Assembly: GCA_044224875.1 (NCBI GenBank)
Contig: JBGAJQ010000002.1
Coordinates: 1 to 64,000, forward strand
From: Gemmatimonadaceae bacterium
GTDB taxonomy: Bacteria > Gemmatimonadota > Gemmatimonadetes > Gemmatimonadales > Gemmatimonadaceae
DNA: 64,000 nucleotides
Reading direction: 5' to 3'
Shown: positions 28,419 through 37,386 of the stretch, piece after piece
How positions within the stretch are numbered: position 1 is the stretch's first letter
How the letters are laid out: each line of letters opens with the position of its first letter
Made by a program: the position numbers and the translations under genes
The notes under the pieces: generated by a model
Seen by the model: the letters and a program-made list of their open reading frames with translations, nothing else
Database searches by the model: none
What the model was told of the DNA's origin: nothing

Positions 28419-29642
28419 TATCGCCCGCCTCCAGAAACCTCGTTCTTGTACACACGGCCTCCCTTCATCACGAACACCACACGCCGCAACGCTGTGATGT
28501 CCGTGAGGGGCCACCTTTCCAGCGCCTAACGTTCCAAGCGAGTCCGCCATGCCCATGGACGCCGCCGCGACCGAGGTAGCCGATGCAATGGCGTCGAGCG
28601 GCTTCTGCCCTGCTTCGCTCACACGACAAATCAGGTCGTCGACGTTGTGTCCATGTGCCCCGGCCACGGCGTCCGTCCCAAAGACCAGCTTCAGCCCCGG
28701 GGTGTTGGCCGCGCGCCGGATCACCTCGACGCCCACTGGCAGCGCCGTCTCCATGGAGGCGAATCCCTCCGCGTTGTAGTTGCCGATCCCTTCGTACTTC
28801 GCCCGGTTCCCCAGGTAGTTTCGGAAAACCAGCCCGCACTGCGGTGAGAAGACCGTGCCCTTTTCCACCATGAGCCGCAAGACCTCGGGCGTCGCGAAGA
28901 TACCGTGTTCGATCTGGTTGCATCCCGCCTTCACTGCCAACGTCATCGCCTCGGCGCTGTGCGCGTGAACGAGCGTGCGCAGGCCCAACGCGCGCGCCTC
29001 GCCGCACGCGGCGTCTAGTTGTTCCTGCGTCATGGTGACGGCTCCGCCTTCCCGAATGCTCTTGCTGGCGAAGAGCTTGATCAGGTCAGCGCCTTGGGCC
29101 TTGAAGTCGCGCACCTTCTGCCGCAACACGTCGGGCGTGCCGCTTCGCTCGGAAAGTGAGCCCAGCGACGTCAGCAGGCGCGGACCCGGAATCTCACCTC
29201 GCGCGATGGCATCGCGGAGATCCTTGTCCTCGGGAGATCCAGGACTTTGGACGGTCGTCACCCCAGAGAGCAACGTTTCATAGGCATTGCCAGCGGCCGC
29301 CAGCATCGACTGGACCGGCGTTTCGCCATCCTCCGGCGTGTGGAATCGCCCCTTCGCATTGAAGTACCAGACGATGTGCGAATGCACATCCATGAGTCCT
29401 GGCATGAGCGTCGCATTGCCGAGTCGGTAGACGGTGCCCTGGAACCCGGATGGCAACGGGCCAACCTGCCGAATCCGCGCACCTTCTATGATCACTGCGG
29501 CGTTAGGGAGCACGCGCCCCGTGCCATCGATCACGCGGTCCGCGGTCAGAGCTACCTGCTGGGCCGGCAGCATGCCGCCGTGCACAAGGAAACCCGCCAG
29601 CAGCAACTGAAGGGAGCGAGACAGACAACGGCGTGACGTCAC
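28418..29642 (-). pseudogene. Secreted amidohydrolase with a small frameshifting deletion near 28510 (pseudogene or assembly error)
   Basis: MPGLMDVHSH, HAH, IEHG and FGTDA motifs. The native-looking C-terminus PLTDITALRRVVFVMKGGRVYKNEVSGGGR* lies in another frame and ends in a TAATG overlap with the PQQ gene. Confidence 0.8.
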
Positions 29643-29667
29643 GGTGGATCTCGTCGGAAGGGAGAAA

Positions 29668-31275
29668 TTAGTCGCCCGCGCGGGCGGGGAACGCGGCGCC
29701 GATCTGCTCGGCGGCGCGAAGGGAAAGTGCGCAGAAGGTCAGGGTCCCGTTGGCGCAACTCGCACTGACGGCCGTGGGTGCTCCAACGACAAACAAGTTC
29801 TCATGGTCGTGCGTCCGACCGAAGCGGTCAGTAACGCTGGCGGCCGGATCGTCGCCCATTCGACAACCTCCCGCCGGGTGGTCCTGAAAGCTGTCGCTGT
29901 TCGTCCGCATGACTCGACCGTTGCCAGCGCGAGCCATCTCGGCAAAGACGGAGCGAATGCGGTCCTCGGTGTATCCGCGGAGGTCGCGCGAGAGTGGATC
30001 GTCGTTCCATTGCAACCGTGGCAACGGATCGCCGAAGGCGTTACGCCTCGATGAGTCTAACGTCAGCTCACTGTTCATTGCCGGGATCACGTCGTAGTAC
30101 GAACGGACGCGCGCCGTAGCTGTGGAGGCTGTTCGGCGCCTCCAATCGTCCAGCAACGCATCACCCAGCAACAACTCCCCCGCGTCGTTGGCTGGCCGAG
30201 CCGTGCGACCCACCGTGGATTCCCACACGCGCAGGTCGTGCCGGACGTACTTGTCCACTCTCGGCTTTCGCATGAAGAATTTCGTGACCAGCGAGTGTTG
30301 CTCATTGATTCCCGGGAAAAGCTGCATGGGGAGCTCAATGAATGCCTGCACGTTGCGATGTCCACACAGGTACTTGCCGACGAGACCCGACCGGTTGGCC
30401 AGGCCTTGCGGATGACGCGAGTCAGCGGAAAGGAGGAGCAGGTGCGAACTCCACGTGTACCCGCCAGCCACAACGAAGGTGGTGGCCCGAACGTCCAGGA
30501 TGTCCCCGGGTCGATCGCGAGGCACGGCCTCGGCCGACACGATCCGTTCACTGCCAGCCGCCACCTTCAGCCGTCGAACCAGCGTGCGGGGGAGTAAGGT
30601 GACCCGCCCGGCGCCGCGGAGCGCGCGCCACGTCATGTCCGGCGAGTACTTCGCTCCCACCGGACAGATCGGGAAACACGTGTCATTTCGGCAACACGTA
30701 CTTCGCCCCGGCCGGGCAACCGTCAGCTTCGCCGACGGCTGACTCCACATGGGAATGCCGGCGGCGTCGGTCCACTCACGCAACTTCTGGAGGTTCCACG
30801 TCAGCGGAATCCCCGGCATCGGGAATGGGCGCGCGCGAGGATCAAGCTCCGGCGGTCCCTGCCCGCCCGCGACACCCATGCGAGCCTCCGCCTCCAGATA
30901 GTGCGGCTCCAACTCTTCATAGGTAATCGGCCAATCGGTCCCGACGCCGCAGACCGAGCGCGTCTTGAAGTCCTCCGGCGCGAAGCGTGGCGTCACGCCT
31001 CCCCAGTGCATGGCCAGCCCGCCCACACACATCGATCGCGATTGGATGCCGGCGACTTCGGCGTCGTCCAAGTGATCCTTGGGCCATGGGCTCTCACCGT
31101 ACGCCAGATATCGACTTCGGAGACCATGAAATTGCGCGGGCAGAGGTACGTCGTCGCCAGCTTCAATCACCAGGATGCGTGCACGACGCGTCTCGGCGAG
31201 CTTTTCTGCCACCATGGCCGCCGAAATACCGGAACCGATGATGCAGACGTCTGTTTCGATCGTGCGCCGGCTCAT
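29668..31275 (-). CDS. GMC family oxidoreductase (flavoprotein)
   Basis: IIGSGISA, GGLAMHWGG, CCRNDTCFPICP Cys cluster, SGLVGKYL, HPAGGCRMG, HDHENLF and NGTLT motifs. Confidence 0.92.
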   Translation of the reverse strand: MSRRTIETDVCIIGSGISAAMVAEKLAETRRARILVIEAGDDVPLPAQFHGLRSRYLAYGESPWPKDHLDDAEVAGIQSRSMCVGGLAMHWGGVTPRFAPEDFKTRSVCGVGTDWPITYEELEPHYLEAEARMGVAGGQGPPELDPRARPFPMPGIPLTWNLQKLREWTDAAGIPMWSQPSAKLTVARPGRSTCCRNDTCFPICPVGAKYSPDMTWRALRGAGRVTLLPRTLVRRLKVAAGSERIVSAEAVPRDRPGDILDVRATTFVVAGGYTWSSHLLLLSADSRHPQGLANRSGLVGKYLCGHRNVQAFIELPMQLFPGINEQHSLVTKFFMRKPRVDKYVRHDLRVWESTVGRTARPANDAGELLLGDALLDDWRRRTASTATARVRSYYDVIPAMNSELTLDSSRRNAFGDPLPRLQWNDDPLSRDLRGYTEDRIRSVFAEMARAGNGRVMRTNSDSFQDHPAGGCRMGDDPAASVTDRFGRTHDHENLFVVGAPTAVSASCANGTLTFCALSLRAAEQIGAAFPARAGD

Positions 31276-31979
31276 GCCGTGCCGCCGGGAAGAAGTCCGT
31301 GCGGCCCACCGTCTGGCGATCCCTTGCGAAGGGGCAGTGGACGTTGTGGGTTTTGCGCCAACGGCCGGCAGGCATTCTTCATGATCTCCGCGCCATAACA
31401 CAGGTCGGTTGCGGCTGGCGAAGCGTAGAACCAGGACAACAATCCCACCACCACGTGCGAGGCGCTTTGCGGCGCCGGAAAGGCCGCCAGCTTCTGCCCG
31501 GCCAGCGCCGATCGAATTACCTCCCGACGTTGTTCAACCGGTGCCGCGACAAATCCGGCGCCAGCGCGTTCGCGCGAGCGGCGATCCAGGTCAACCAGCT
31601 GAGCGCGCCAAGCAGGAATGGGCGACGCGCCAGCAAAGGCGAGTTCACCAGTACCATATCCGTGCAGTAATTCGGCACCGGAGCGATAGCCGCTGGCCCA
31701 GGACGCGAAGTCGCGCACCGCTCTGTCAGTACCGCCGGGCCCGAGCTCGCTCGGAAGGACCGCCGCGCCTACCGCCTGCAGCATCGCGAGGTCAAGCGAC
31801 GACGACTTCGGTTGCTCCTGGGAGGAAACCACGCTCGCGAGAGCCTTTCTCCGACTGATTCCGAGCAGCGCCAGGACCACGCCCATCCCTCGGACAAATG
31901 ATCGGCGCCCCCACACCCAGCCCGCGGCGCGCGTTTTGGAATCCTGCCCTCGCCCAAGGAGTCTCAGCCGATCCGCCAT
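31272..31979 (-). CDS. Tat-signal small subunit (gluconate 2-dehydrogenase subunit-3-like) partner of the GMC enzyme
   Basis: GRRSFVRG twin-arginine signal; ATGA overlap with the GMC gene. Confidence 0.6.
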   Translation of the reverse strand: MADRLRLLGRGQDSKTRAAGWVWGRRSFVRGMGVVLALLGISRRKALASVVSSQEQPKSSSLDLAMLQAVGAAVLPSELGPGGTDRAVRDFASWASGYRSGAELLHGYGTGELAFAGASPIPAWRAQLVDLDRRSRERAGAGFVAAPVEQRREVIRSALAGQKLAAFPAPQSASHVVVGLLSWFYASPAATDLCYGAEIMKNACRPLAQNPQRPLPLRKGSPDGGPHGLLPGGTA

Positions 31980-32281
31980 TTCCCGAGAATCTCGAGTGTC
32001 GTTCAAAGAGTGGTGAAGGCCCCCACATCACGTCGCGAATGTAGGGGCGCTGCCGGGCGCCACAAGGCACACGCAGGGCAAGGGGCTCGTGAGATCTCCG
32101 CGCCGCCAGAGGGTCGCATCCCGAACGGCCCCCGATCCACCGAGTCCGTTCTCCGCAGGCTGAGGTCGACTGCATCGCGGCTGCCGCGACGCACGTTGGC
32201 CGCGGGAAGCGGCGCAGGAGGCCTACCGGGTGCCGCACGTACCCTTCACCTTCTGCTCACTCTGCCGGCACCTACGGTCCC

Positions 32282-32800
32282 ATGCGCATTGACCTCACTC
32301 ACTGCTCGATTCGCAACTGGCGCGAGGACGATCTCGATCGTCTCGTTAGGTTGGCGGACAACCGGAAGATCTGGCTCGCCCTCCGGGACCGGTTTCCCAG
32401 CCCGTACACGAGGGACGCTGGAAAAGAGTGGCTGGGCGTCGTCCTGGCGGCATCGCCGCCAACCACCTTCGTTATCGCCGTCGAGGATCAGCTGGCGGGG
32501 TCGATTGGCATCATTCCCGGAACCGACATCTACGCGCGAACCGCGGAGGTGGGATACTGGCTAGGCGAGGAATACTGGGGACGAGGATTGGCCGCCGAGG
32601 CGCTCAACGGGTTCGCCCCCTGGGTCTTTGAAGAGTTCAAGCTGGCTCGCTTGTGGGCCGCGGTGTTCGTCAACAACCCGGGCTCCGCGCGCGTGTTGGA
32701 GAAGGCGGGCTTCGTACGCGAAGCCACGTTCAAGAACGCCGCGGTCAAGGACGGGCACGTGATCGATGAATGGATATATGCACGAACCCCGCCTGCTTGA
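32282..32800 (+). CDS. GNAT (RimJ/RimL-like) N-acetyltransferase
   Basis: LRDRFPSPYT, AEVGYWLGEEYWGRG and N.GSARVLEKAGF motifs. Confidence 0.92.
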   Translation: MRIDLTHCSIRNWREDDLDRLVRLADNRKIWLALRDRFPSPYTRDAGKEWLGVVLAASPPTTFVIAVEDQLAGSIGIIPGTDIYARTAEVGYWLGEEYWGRGLAAEALNGFAPWVFEEFKLARLWAAVFVNNPGSARVLEKAGFVREATFKNAAVKDGHVIDEWIYARTPPA

Positions 32801-32865
32801 GACCACGGTTTCCCCTTTCACCTTGTCACGGAAAACACGAATGGCGTTGCGGGTGCGACGCGCTC

Positions 32866-33993
32866 CTACCGCATTCCGGCGCAAAGGACGGCCATCGCGC
32901 CCTCGGCCTGGCAGCGGCCGGTACCTCGCGACGGTGCCTCCGCCGTGTATTCGTAGCGAGTGCTGCTTGCGCCGCGTCGCTTCGAGTTCACGTTCGTCCA
33001 TCGGGCGCGCTTGCCGCGCACATCGATGTGCGCAAAGGGGCCGCTTGGACCCATGGCACGGTACAGTCCCAGCCCACCGACGAGCTCCGGGTATCGCCAC
33101 TCCACGCGTTCCACCGCGCGATTGATCACGTCCGTATCGCGAAAGTCGACCATGCCGTCCCGATTCAGGTCGTCCATACGCCCATCGCCGTCAGCGTCGA
33201 TGATCACGTCAGCTGCATCGCCGTACTGATGTCGGCTGGCGAACGCCATGCCTTCGCCCATGCCGCGCACATTGTATTGGGGTGACCGGAATCCGGAGAG
33301 CACGGTAGCATGCATCGCAGGGACGCCTTCGCCCTGCAGCGTCTGCAACACCAGCTCCAGCTTGTCCAGCAAGTCTTCCCGCAGCACGACGTACTTTGGC
33401 CAAGTGGACACCTGGTCATGCGTAACGAAGTCGCGCAGACGGAAGTGCTCCGACAACTGCGTGTTGACGTTTTCCGGCGTGACCTCCACAAAGCCGATCG
33501 GGTTGTCGTAGTTCGTGGGCATGCTGCGCCGTTCGGCGGGCCACCACCCAACATTGTAGCCGTTGATCTGGTCGCCGAGCTTGCGGCCCCATGGGAGCAA
33601 CGTGATGAATGAGAAGTCCGCGCCGTTGGCTGCGCCTTCGAGGCGGCGAACACCGGGCTCCAGCACCGAGTTGCCGAACCGCTCGACCAACCCGGGAAAT
33701 TCCGGTACCTCGTCGCGTTGTACCAATCGCACGAACACCCGTCGGCTGCGACCCAGCAGGGCGTCGACGTTCAGGTCGCCGCCCGCCACTTCGCCATCGC
33801 GCTGAACACGCGTCGCGCGATTGGCCGGGTTGTTCACGATTTCTGCCCGAACCGCAACCGGGGCGACGGGGTCAGCGAACACCGATCGCACTTCACTCCC
33901 AGACACGGTGCGCGCGACTGCGACGACGAGGGCGAGGCAGGCGACAAGCGGCGCAGCGCGCCGAATCCGAGGCGTGTGGGAGGCGTTGAGCAT
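32866..33993 (-). CDS. Peptidase M15A-like (D-Ala-D-Ala carboxypeptidase-type) zinc metallohydrolase
   Basis: LSEHFRLRDF, SGFRSP.YN, SRHQYGDAAD and FAHIDVRG motifs. Confidence 0.85.
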   Translation of the reverse strand: MLNASHTPRIRRAAPLVACLALVVAVARTVSGSEVRSVFADPVAPVAVRAEIVNNPANRATRVQRDGEVAGGDLNVDALLGRSRRVFVRLVQRDEVPEFPGLVERFGNSVLEPGVRRLEGAANGADFSFITLLPWGRKLGDQINGYNVGWWPAERRSMPTNYDNPIGFVEVTPENVNTQLSEHFRLRDFVTHDQVSTWPKYVVLREDLLDKLELVLQTLQGEGVPAMHATVLSGFRSPQYNVRGMGEGMAFASRHQYGDAADVIIDADGDGRMDDLNRDGMVDFRDTDVINRAVERVEWRYPELVGGLGLYRAMGPSGPFAHIDVRGKRARWTNVNSKRRGASSTRYEYTAEAPSRGTGRCQAEGAMAVLCAGMR

Positions 33994-34176
33994 CGAAGTA
34001 GGACGAACTGGCAACCCAATGAGCAACCACGACTTGCGGCAATTTTCGCCGGTCGTGGCGCGGGATGCGGCAACGTAGTGATTGCTGTCACGCGGGCGTC
34101 ACGCGTGCCGTCTAGGGGCGAGTATCGTCAAGTGGAAGAGCAAAACGAACTTCCGATGCATTCATGAGCGGAATCG

Positions 34177-34527
34177 ATGTTCTCTTCGCTGATCCACTTC
34201 CATTCTGAAAACGCCGCACCCGTGAGGGTCATTTTGGTTCGCACCCGAGAACGCATCGCTGACGCCGCCGCAGCCACGCTCCTCGTGACGGGCATCGGGC
34301 TGTTTCTGTTCGCGCGCCAGTCCCTCACCGCGCTAGCGAATGGCACGTATTTCGTGCCGGCCGGGACAACGTACGTCTCGCGGGCCGATCTACACACGAC
34401 GCAGTCGCGACTCGGGCTGTGGCTGGCGGCGACGGGGCTCGCCATTGCCATTGCCGCCGCGCTGAGTCACTCGCGATCGCGCAAACGCGCGTCACGTCCG
34501 GCGCCGCTGGCGAAAACAGACGCCTAA
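34177..34527 (+). CDS. Small hypothetical membrane protein (start uncertain, may be near 34222-34234)
   Basis: Two hydrophobic helices and a basic tail, followed by a terminator-like hairpin. Confidence 0.55.
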   Translation: MFSSLIHFHSENAAPVRVILVRTRERIADAAAATLLVTGIGLFLFARQSLTALANGTYFVPAGTTYVSRADLHTTQSRLGLWLAATGLAIAIAAALSHSRSRKRASRPAPLAKTDA

Positions 34528-34545
34528 GCGGCAAGGTTGCAGGTG

Positions 34546-34571
34546 ACGGGGTCGGCAAGCGCCGACCCCGT
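34546..34571. terminator. Perfect 11-bp hairpin between convergent genes
   Basis: ACGGGGTCGGC-AAGC-GCCGACCCCGT. Confidence 0.7.
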
Positions 34572-34583
34572 GGTCTATCCCGG

Positions 34584-34973
34584 CTACTTCTTGACCGGGT
34601 CCGCTCCGCGCAGGTAGGCGTCCGTCTTCTTCAGCCAATCCTCTCGCGGTGGACTGAACACGTCGACATCCAGCGTGTCTTCCAGGGCTTCCGCCTTGTG
34701 CCAGACGTACGAGGGGATGTGAAGGACCTCGCCCGCCCGCACGTCGAGCGTATGCGACTCGTCCTCACCGATCCAGAATCGCAAGCACCCTTCGAGGATG
34801 TACGTCAACTGCTCGTTATGGTGCTGGTGCCTGGGGACGATGCATCCCTTCTTCAGGTAGACGTGCGCCAGCATCATGGTGTCGCCGGTGACGAGACGGC
34901 GGCTCAACATGGGCGTCACCGTCTCGATCGGCATGTCATTCCAGCGATAAGAGGTCACGCCGGCTTCGGGCAT
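34584..34973 (-). CDS. Cupin domain protein
   Basis: VPRHQHHNEQLTYILEG...IPSYVWH and DVFSPPREDW motifs. Confidence 0.9.
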   Translation of the reverse strand: MPEAGVTSYRWNDMPIETVTPMLSRRLVTGDTMMLAHVYLKKGCIVPRHQHHNEQLTYILEGCLRFWIGEDESHTLDVRAGEVLHIPSYVWHKAEALEDTLDVDVFSPPREDWLKKTDAYLRGADPVKK

Positions 34974-35098
34974 CTCGTGGTTCTCCGTTGAATGTGTGCG
35001 CCCATCGGGTGCGCCGACCGACGTTAACCCCTCGCGATCGAATGCTCCAGAGCGTCACTTGCGCGATGACGTTGCGGGAAGGAAGGTTTGGCGCTCGT

Positions 35099-35761
35099 AT
35101 GAGTGCTCCGCACGATCTTGACCCCCATGCCGATGCGCCGGTGCGCACCCTTGGCGCGCCCCTCGGCAACGCGGCCGCTGCCGCGATTTTCGTGCACGGT
35201 CGCGGCGCGACCGCCGAGAGCATTCTCGAGCTGGCACGCGCCACGCTCGTGCCCGGCGTGGCGTACCTGGCGCCGCAAGCGTCGGGACAGACGTGGTATC
35301 CCAAGAGCTTCCTTTCTCCGATCGCGGATAACGAGCCGGGCATCACGTCCGGACTTGCCTGCATCGCACGACTGGTTGCCATGGTTGAAGCTGCCGGGAT
35401 ACCCGGTGCACGCGTGGCACTCCTCGGATTCTCACAGGGCGCATGCCTGTCGCTGGAATTCACGGCCCGGCACGCCCGGCGCTACGGGGCCGTGATCGGA
35501 CTGAGCGGCGCACTCATTGGTCCGCCAGGCACACCACGCGACTACCAGGGGACCCTGGACGGGACGCCCATCTTCCTCGGGTGCAGCGACGTGGATTCGC
35601 ACATTCCCCTCTGGCGAGTCGATGAAAGTGCAGGGGTGCTCGAAGGACTCGGTGCCAAGGTAGACAAGCGCATCTACCCCGGCATGGGGCACACCGTCAG
35701 CCCCGACGAGGTCAAGGCCGTGCGCGAGTTGCTCGACGGCTTGGTGAGCGACGAACGATGA
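35099..35761 (+). CDS. Phospholipase/carboxylesterase (alpha/beta hydrolase)
   Basis: VHGRG, GFSQG nucleophile elbow, D.D.HIP and YPGMGH motifs. Confidence 0.9.
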   Translation: MSAPHDLDPHADAPVRTLGAPLGNAAAAAIFVHGRGATAESILELARATLVPGVAYLAPQASGQTWYPKSFLSPIADNEPGITSGLACIARLVAMVEAAGIPGARVALLGFSQGACLSLEFTARHARRYGAVIGLSGALIGPPGTPRDYQGTLDGTPIFLGCSDVDSHIPLWRVDESAGVLEGLGAKVDKRIYPGMGHTVSPDEVKAVRELLDGLVSDER

Positions 35762-36603
35762 GCGACTTCCTTTCGCTGCGCGACGCCATCGCCACGCACG
35801 TGCGGGACGGCCAGACGCTGGCGCTCGAAGGCTTCACGCACCTCATCCCGATGGCCGCTGGCCAGGAGATTGCGCGTCAGCGCGTCCGCGACCTCACGGT
35901 CGTGCGCATGACCCCCGACCTGATCTACGACCAACTCATTGGCGTCGGCTGCGTGCGAAAGCTGGTGTTCTCATGGGGAGGCAATCCCGGCGTGGGTTCG
36001 CTGCACCGACTGCGGGACGCCGTGGAGAACGGGTGGCCGCAGCCGTTGGAGCTGGAGGAGTACAGCCACGCCGCGCTCGCCGCGGCGTACGCCGCTGGCG
36101 CGAGCGGACTTCCTTTTGGCGTCTTGCGTGCCTTCCAGGGAACAGACCTCCCCGCGCATAACGCGCAGATCCGAAGCGTCGCCTGCCCATACACCGGGGA
36201 GGCCCTCGCCACCGTGCCCGCCATTCGCCCCGACGTCACCGTCATCCATGCCCAACAAGCGGACCGCAAAGGCAACGTGCGACTGCGCGGCATCATCGGT
36301 GTGCAAAAAGAAGCCGTACTTTCCGCGCGTACGGCCATTGTCACCGTCGAAGAAATTGTCGACACCGTCACCGACGAAATGAACGCGGTGGTGCTCCCGT
36401 CGTGGGTCATCGCGGCGGTCTGCCACGTACCGCGCGGGGCGTATCCCTCCTACGCGCACGGCTTCTATGACCGCGACAACGCGTTCTACAAGGCGTGGGA
36501 TGCGATTGCCAGGGAGCGCGATGTCTTCACCCACTGGATGAAACAGCACGTGGATGAAACGCCCGACTGGAACGCGTTCCTCCAGCGCGTGGGAGCGCGA
36601 TGA
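35758..36603 (+). CDS. pcaI: CoA-transferase subunit A (3-oxoadipate/glutaconate type)
   Basis: ALEGFTHLIP, RMTPDLIYDQLIG and SWGGNPGVGSLHR motifs; exact substrate not proven. Confidence 0.8.
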   Translation: MSDFLSLRDAIATHVRDGQTLALEGFTHLIPMAAGQEIARQRVRDLTVVRMTPDLIYDQLIGVGCVRKLVFSWGGNPGVGSLHRLRDAVENGWPQPLELEEYSHAALAAAYAAGASGLPFGVLRAFQGTDLPAHNAQIRSVACPYTGEALATVPAIRPDVTVIHAQQADRKGNVRLRGIIGVQKEAVLSARTAIVTVEEIVDTVTDEMNAVVLPSWVIAAVCHVPRGAYPSYAHGFYDRDNAFYKAWDAIARERDVFTHWMKQHVDETPDWNAFLQRVGAR

Positions 36604-37373
36604 GCTCGGCCACACGGGATGAACTGATGATCGTCACCGCGGCGCGCGCGCTTCGCGATGGTGACGTGTGCTTTGTGGGCATCGGTCTTCCCAGCGCCGC
36701 CGCAAACCTCGCGCGGTTGACCCATGCACCCAACGTGGTGCTGATCTACGAGTCGGGAACGATCGGGGCCAAGCCGAGTGTGCTCCCTCTGTCGATCGGT
36801 GACGGCGAGCTGGCGGTCACCGCCGATGCGGTCGTGAGCATACCGGAGATCTTCACCTACTGGTTGCAGGCGGGCCGGGTGACGGTCGGGTTCCTTGGTG
36901 CGGCGCAGATCGATCGCTACGGGAATATCAACACAACGGTCATTGGCAGCTACAACGCGCCGCAGACGCGTCTTCCCGGGGCGGGTGGCGCGCCGGAAAT
37001 CGCCGCCCACGCGCGGGAGGTCTTCGTCATGCTCCGCCAGACACCGCGCGCCTTCGTTCTTGCCCTCGACTTCATCACGTCAGTTGGGCATCTGGACGGC
37101 GGACGGGCGCGCCAACGACTGGGGCTCGGCGGCCGTGGCCCCACGCGCGTGATCACCGACTTCGGGATCCTCGAACCGGCGTCCGACACCAATGAGTTGC
37201 AGTTGACGGCCGTGTACCCCGGAGTCACGGGAGAACAGGCCCGTCAAGCGACCGGGTGGCCCCTCCAACTGGCCCCGTCAATCGCGACGCTGGAACCCCC
37301 GACCCCAGTGGAGCTGGATGCCTTGCGCGCGTTGCAGGAACGAACCCGCATCGCGCACCGCGGCGCTGGCTAG
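36600..37373 (+). CDS. pcaJ: CoA-transferase subunit B (3-oxoadipate/glutaconate type)
   Basis: FVGIGLPS.AANLAR, LIYESG, GAAQIDRYGNINTT and RLPGAGGAPEIA motifs. Confidence 0.8.
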   Translation: MSSATRDELMIVTAARALRDGDVCFVGIGLPSAAANLARLTHAPNVVLIYESGTIGAKPSVLPLSIGDGELAVTADAVVSIPEIFTYWLQAGRVTVGFLGAAQIDRYGNINTTVIGSYNAPQTRLPGAGGAPEIAAHAREVFVMLRQTPRAFVLALDFITSVGHLDGGRARQRLGLGGRGPTRVITDFGILEPASDTNELQLTAVYPGVTGEQARQATGWPLQLAPSIATLEPPTPVELDALRALQERTRIAHRGAG

Positions 37374-37386
37374 CGCACTCCACTCA

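Noticed and set aside
26484..29642. 1052-aa ORF as a genuine novel bifunctional enzyme
   Set aside because: It is better explained as two genes joined by a frameshift: the native amidohydrolase tail and a second signal peptide are both visible.
32019..32048. Hairpin GCCCCCACAT...ATGTAGGGGC upstream of the GMC operon, possible REP or riboswitch
   Set aside because: Only a single copy was seen and no riboswitch consensus was recognised.
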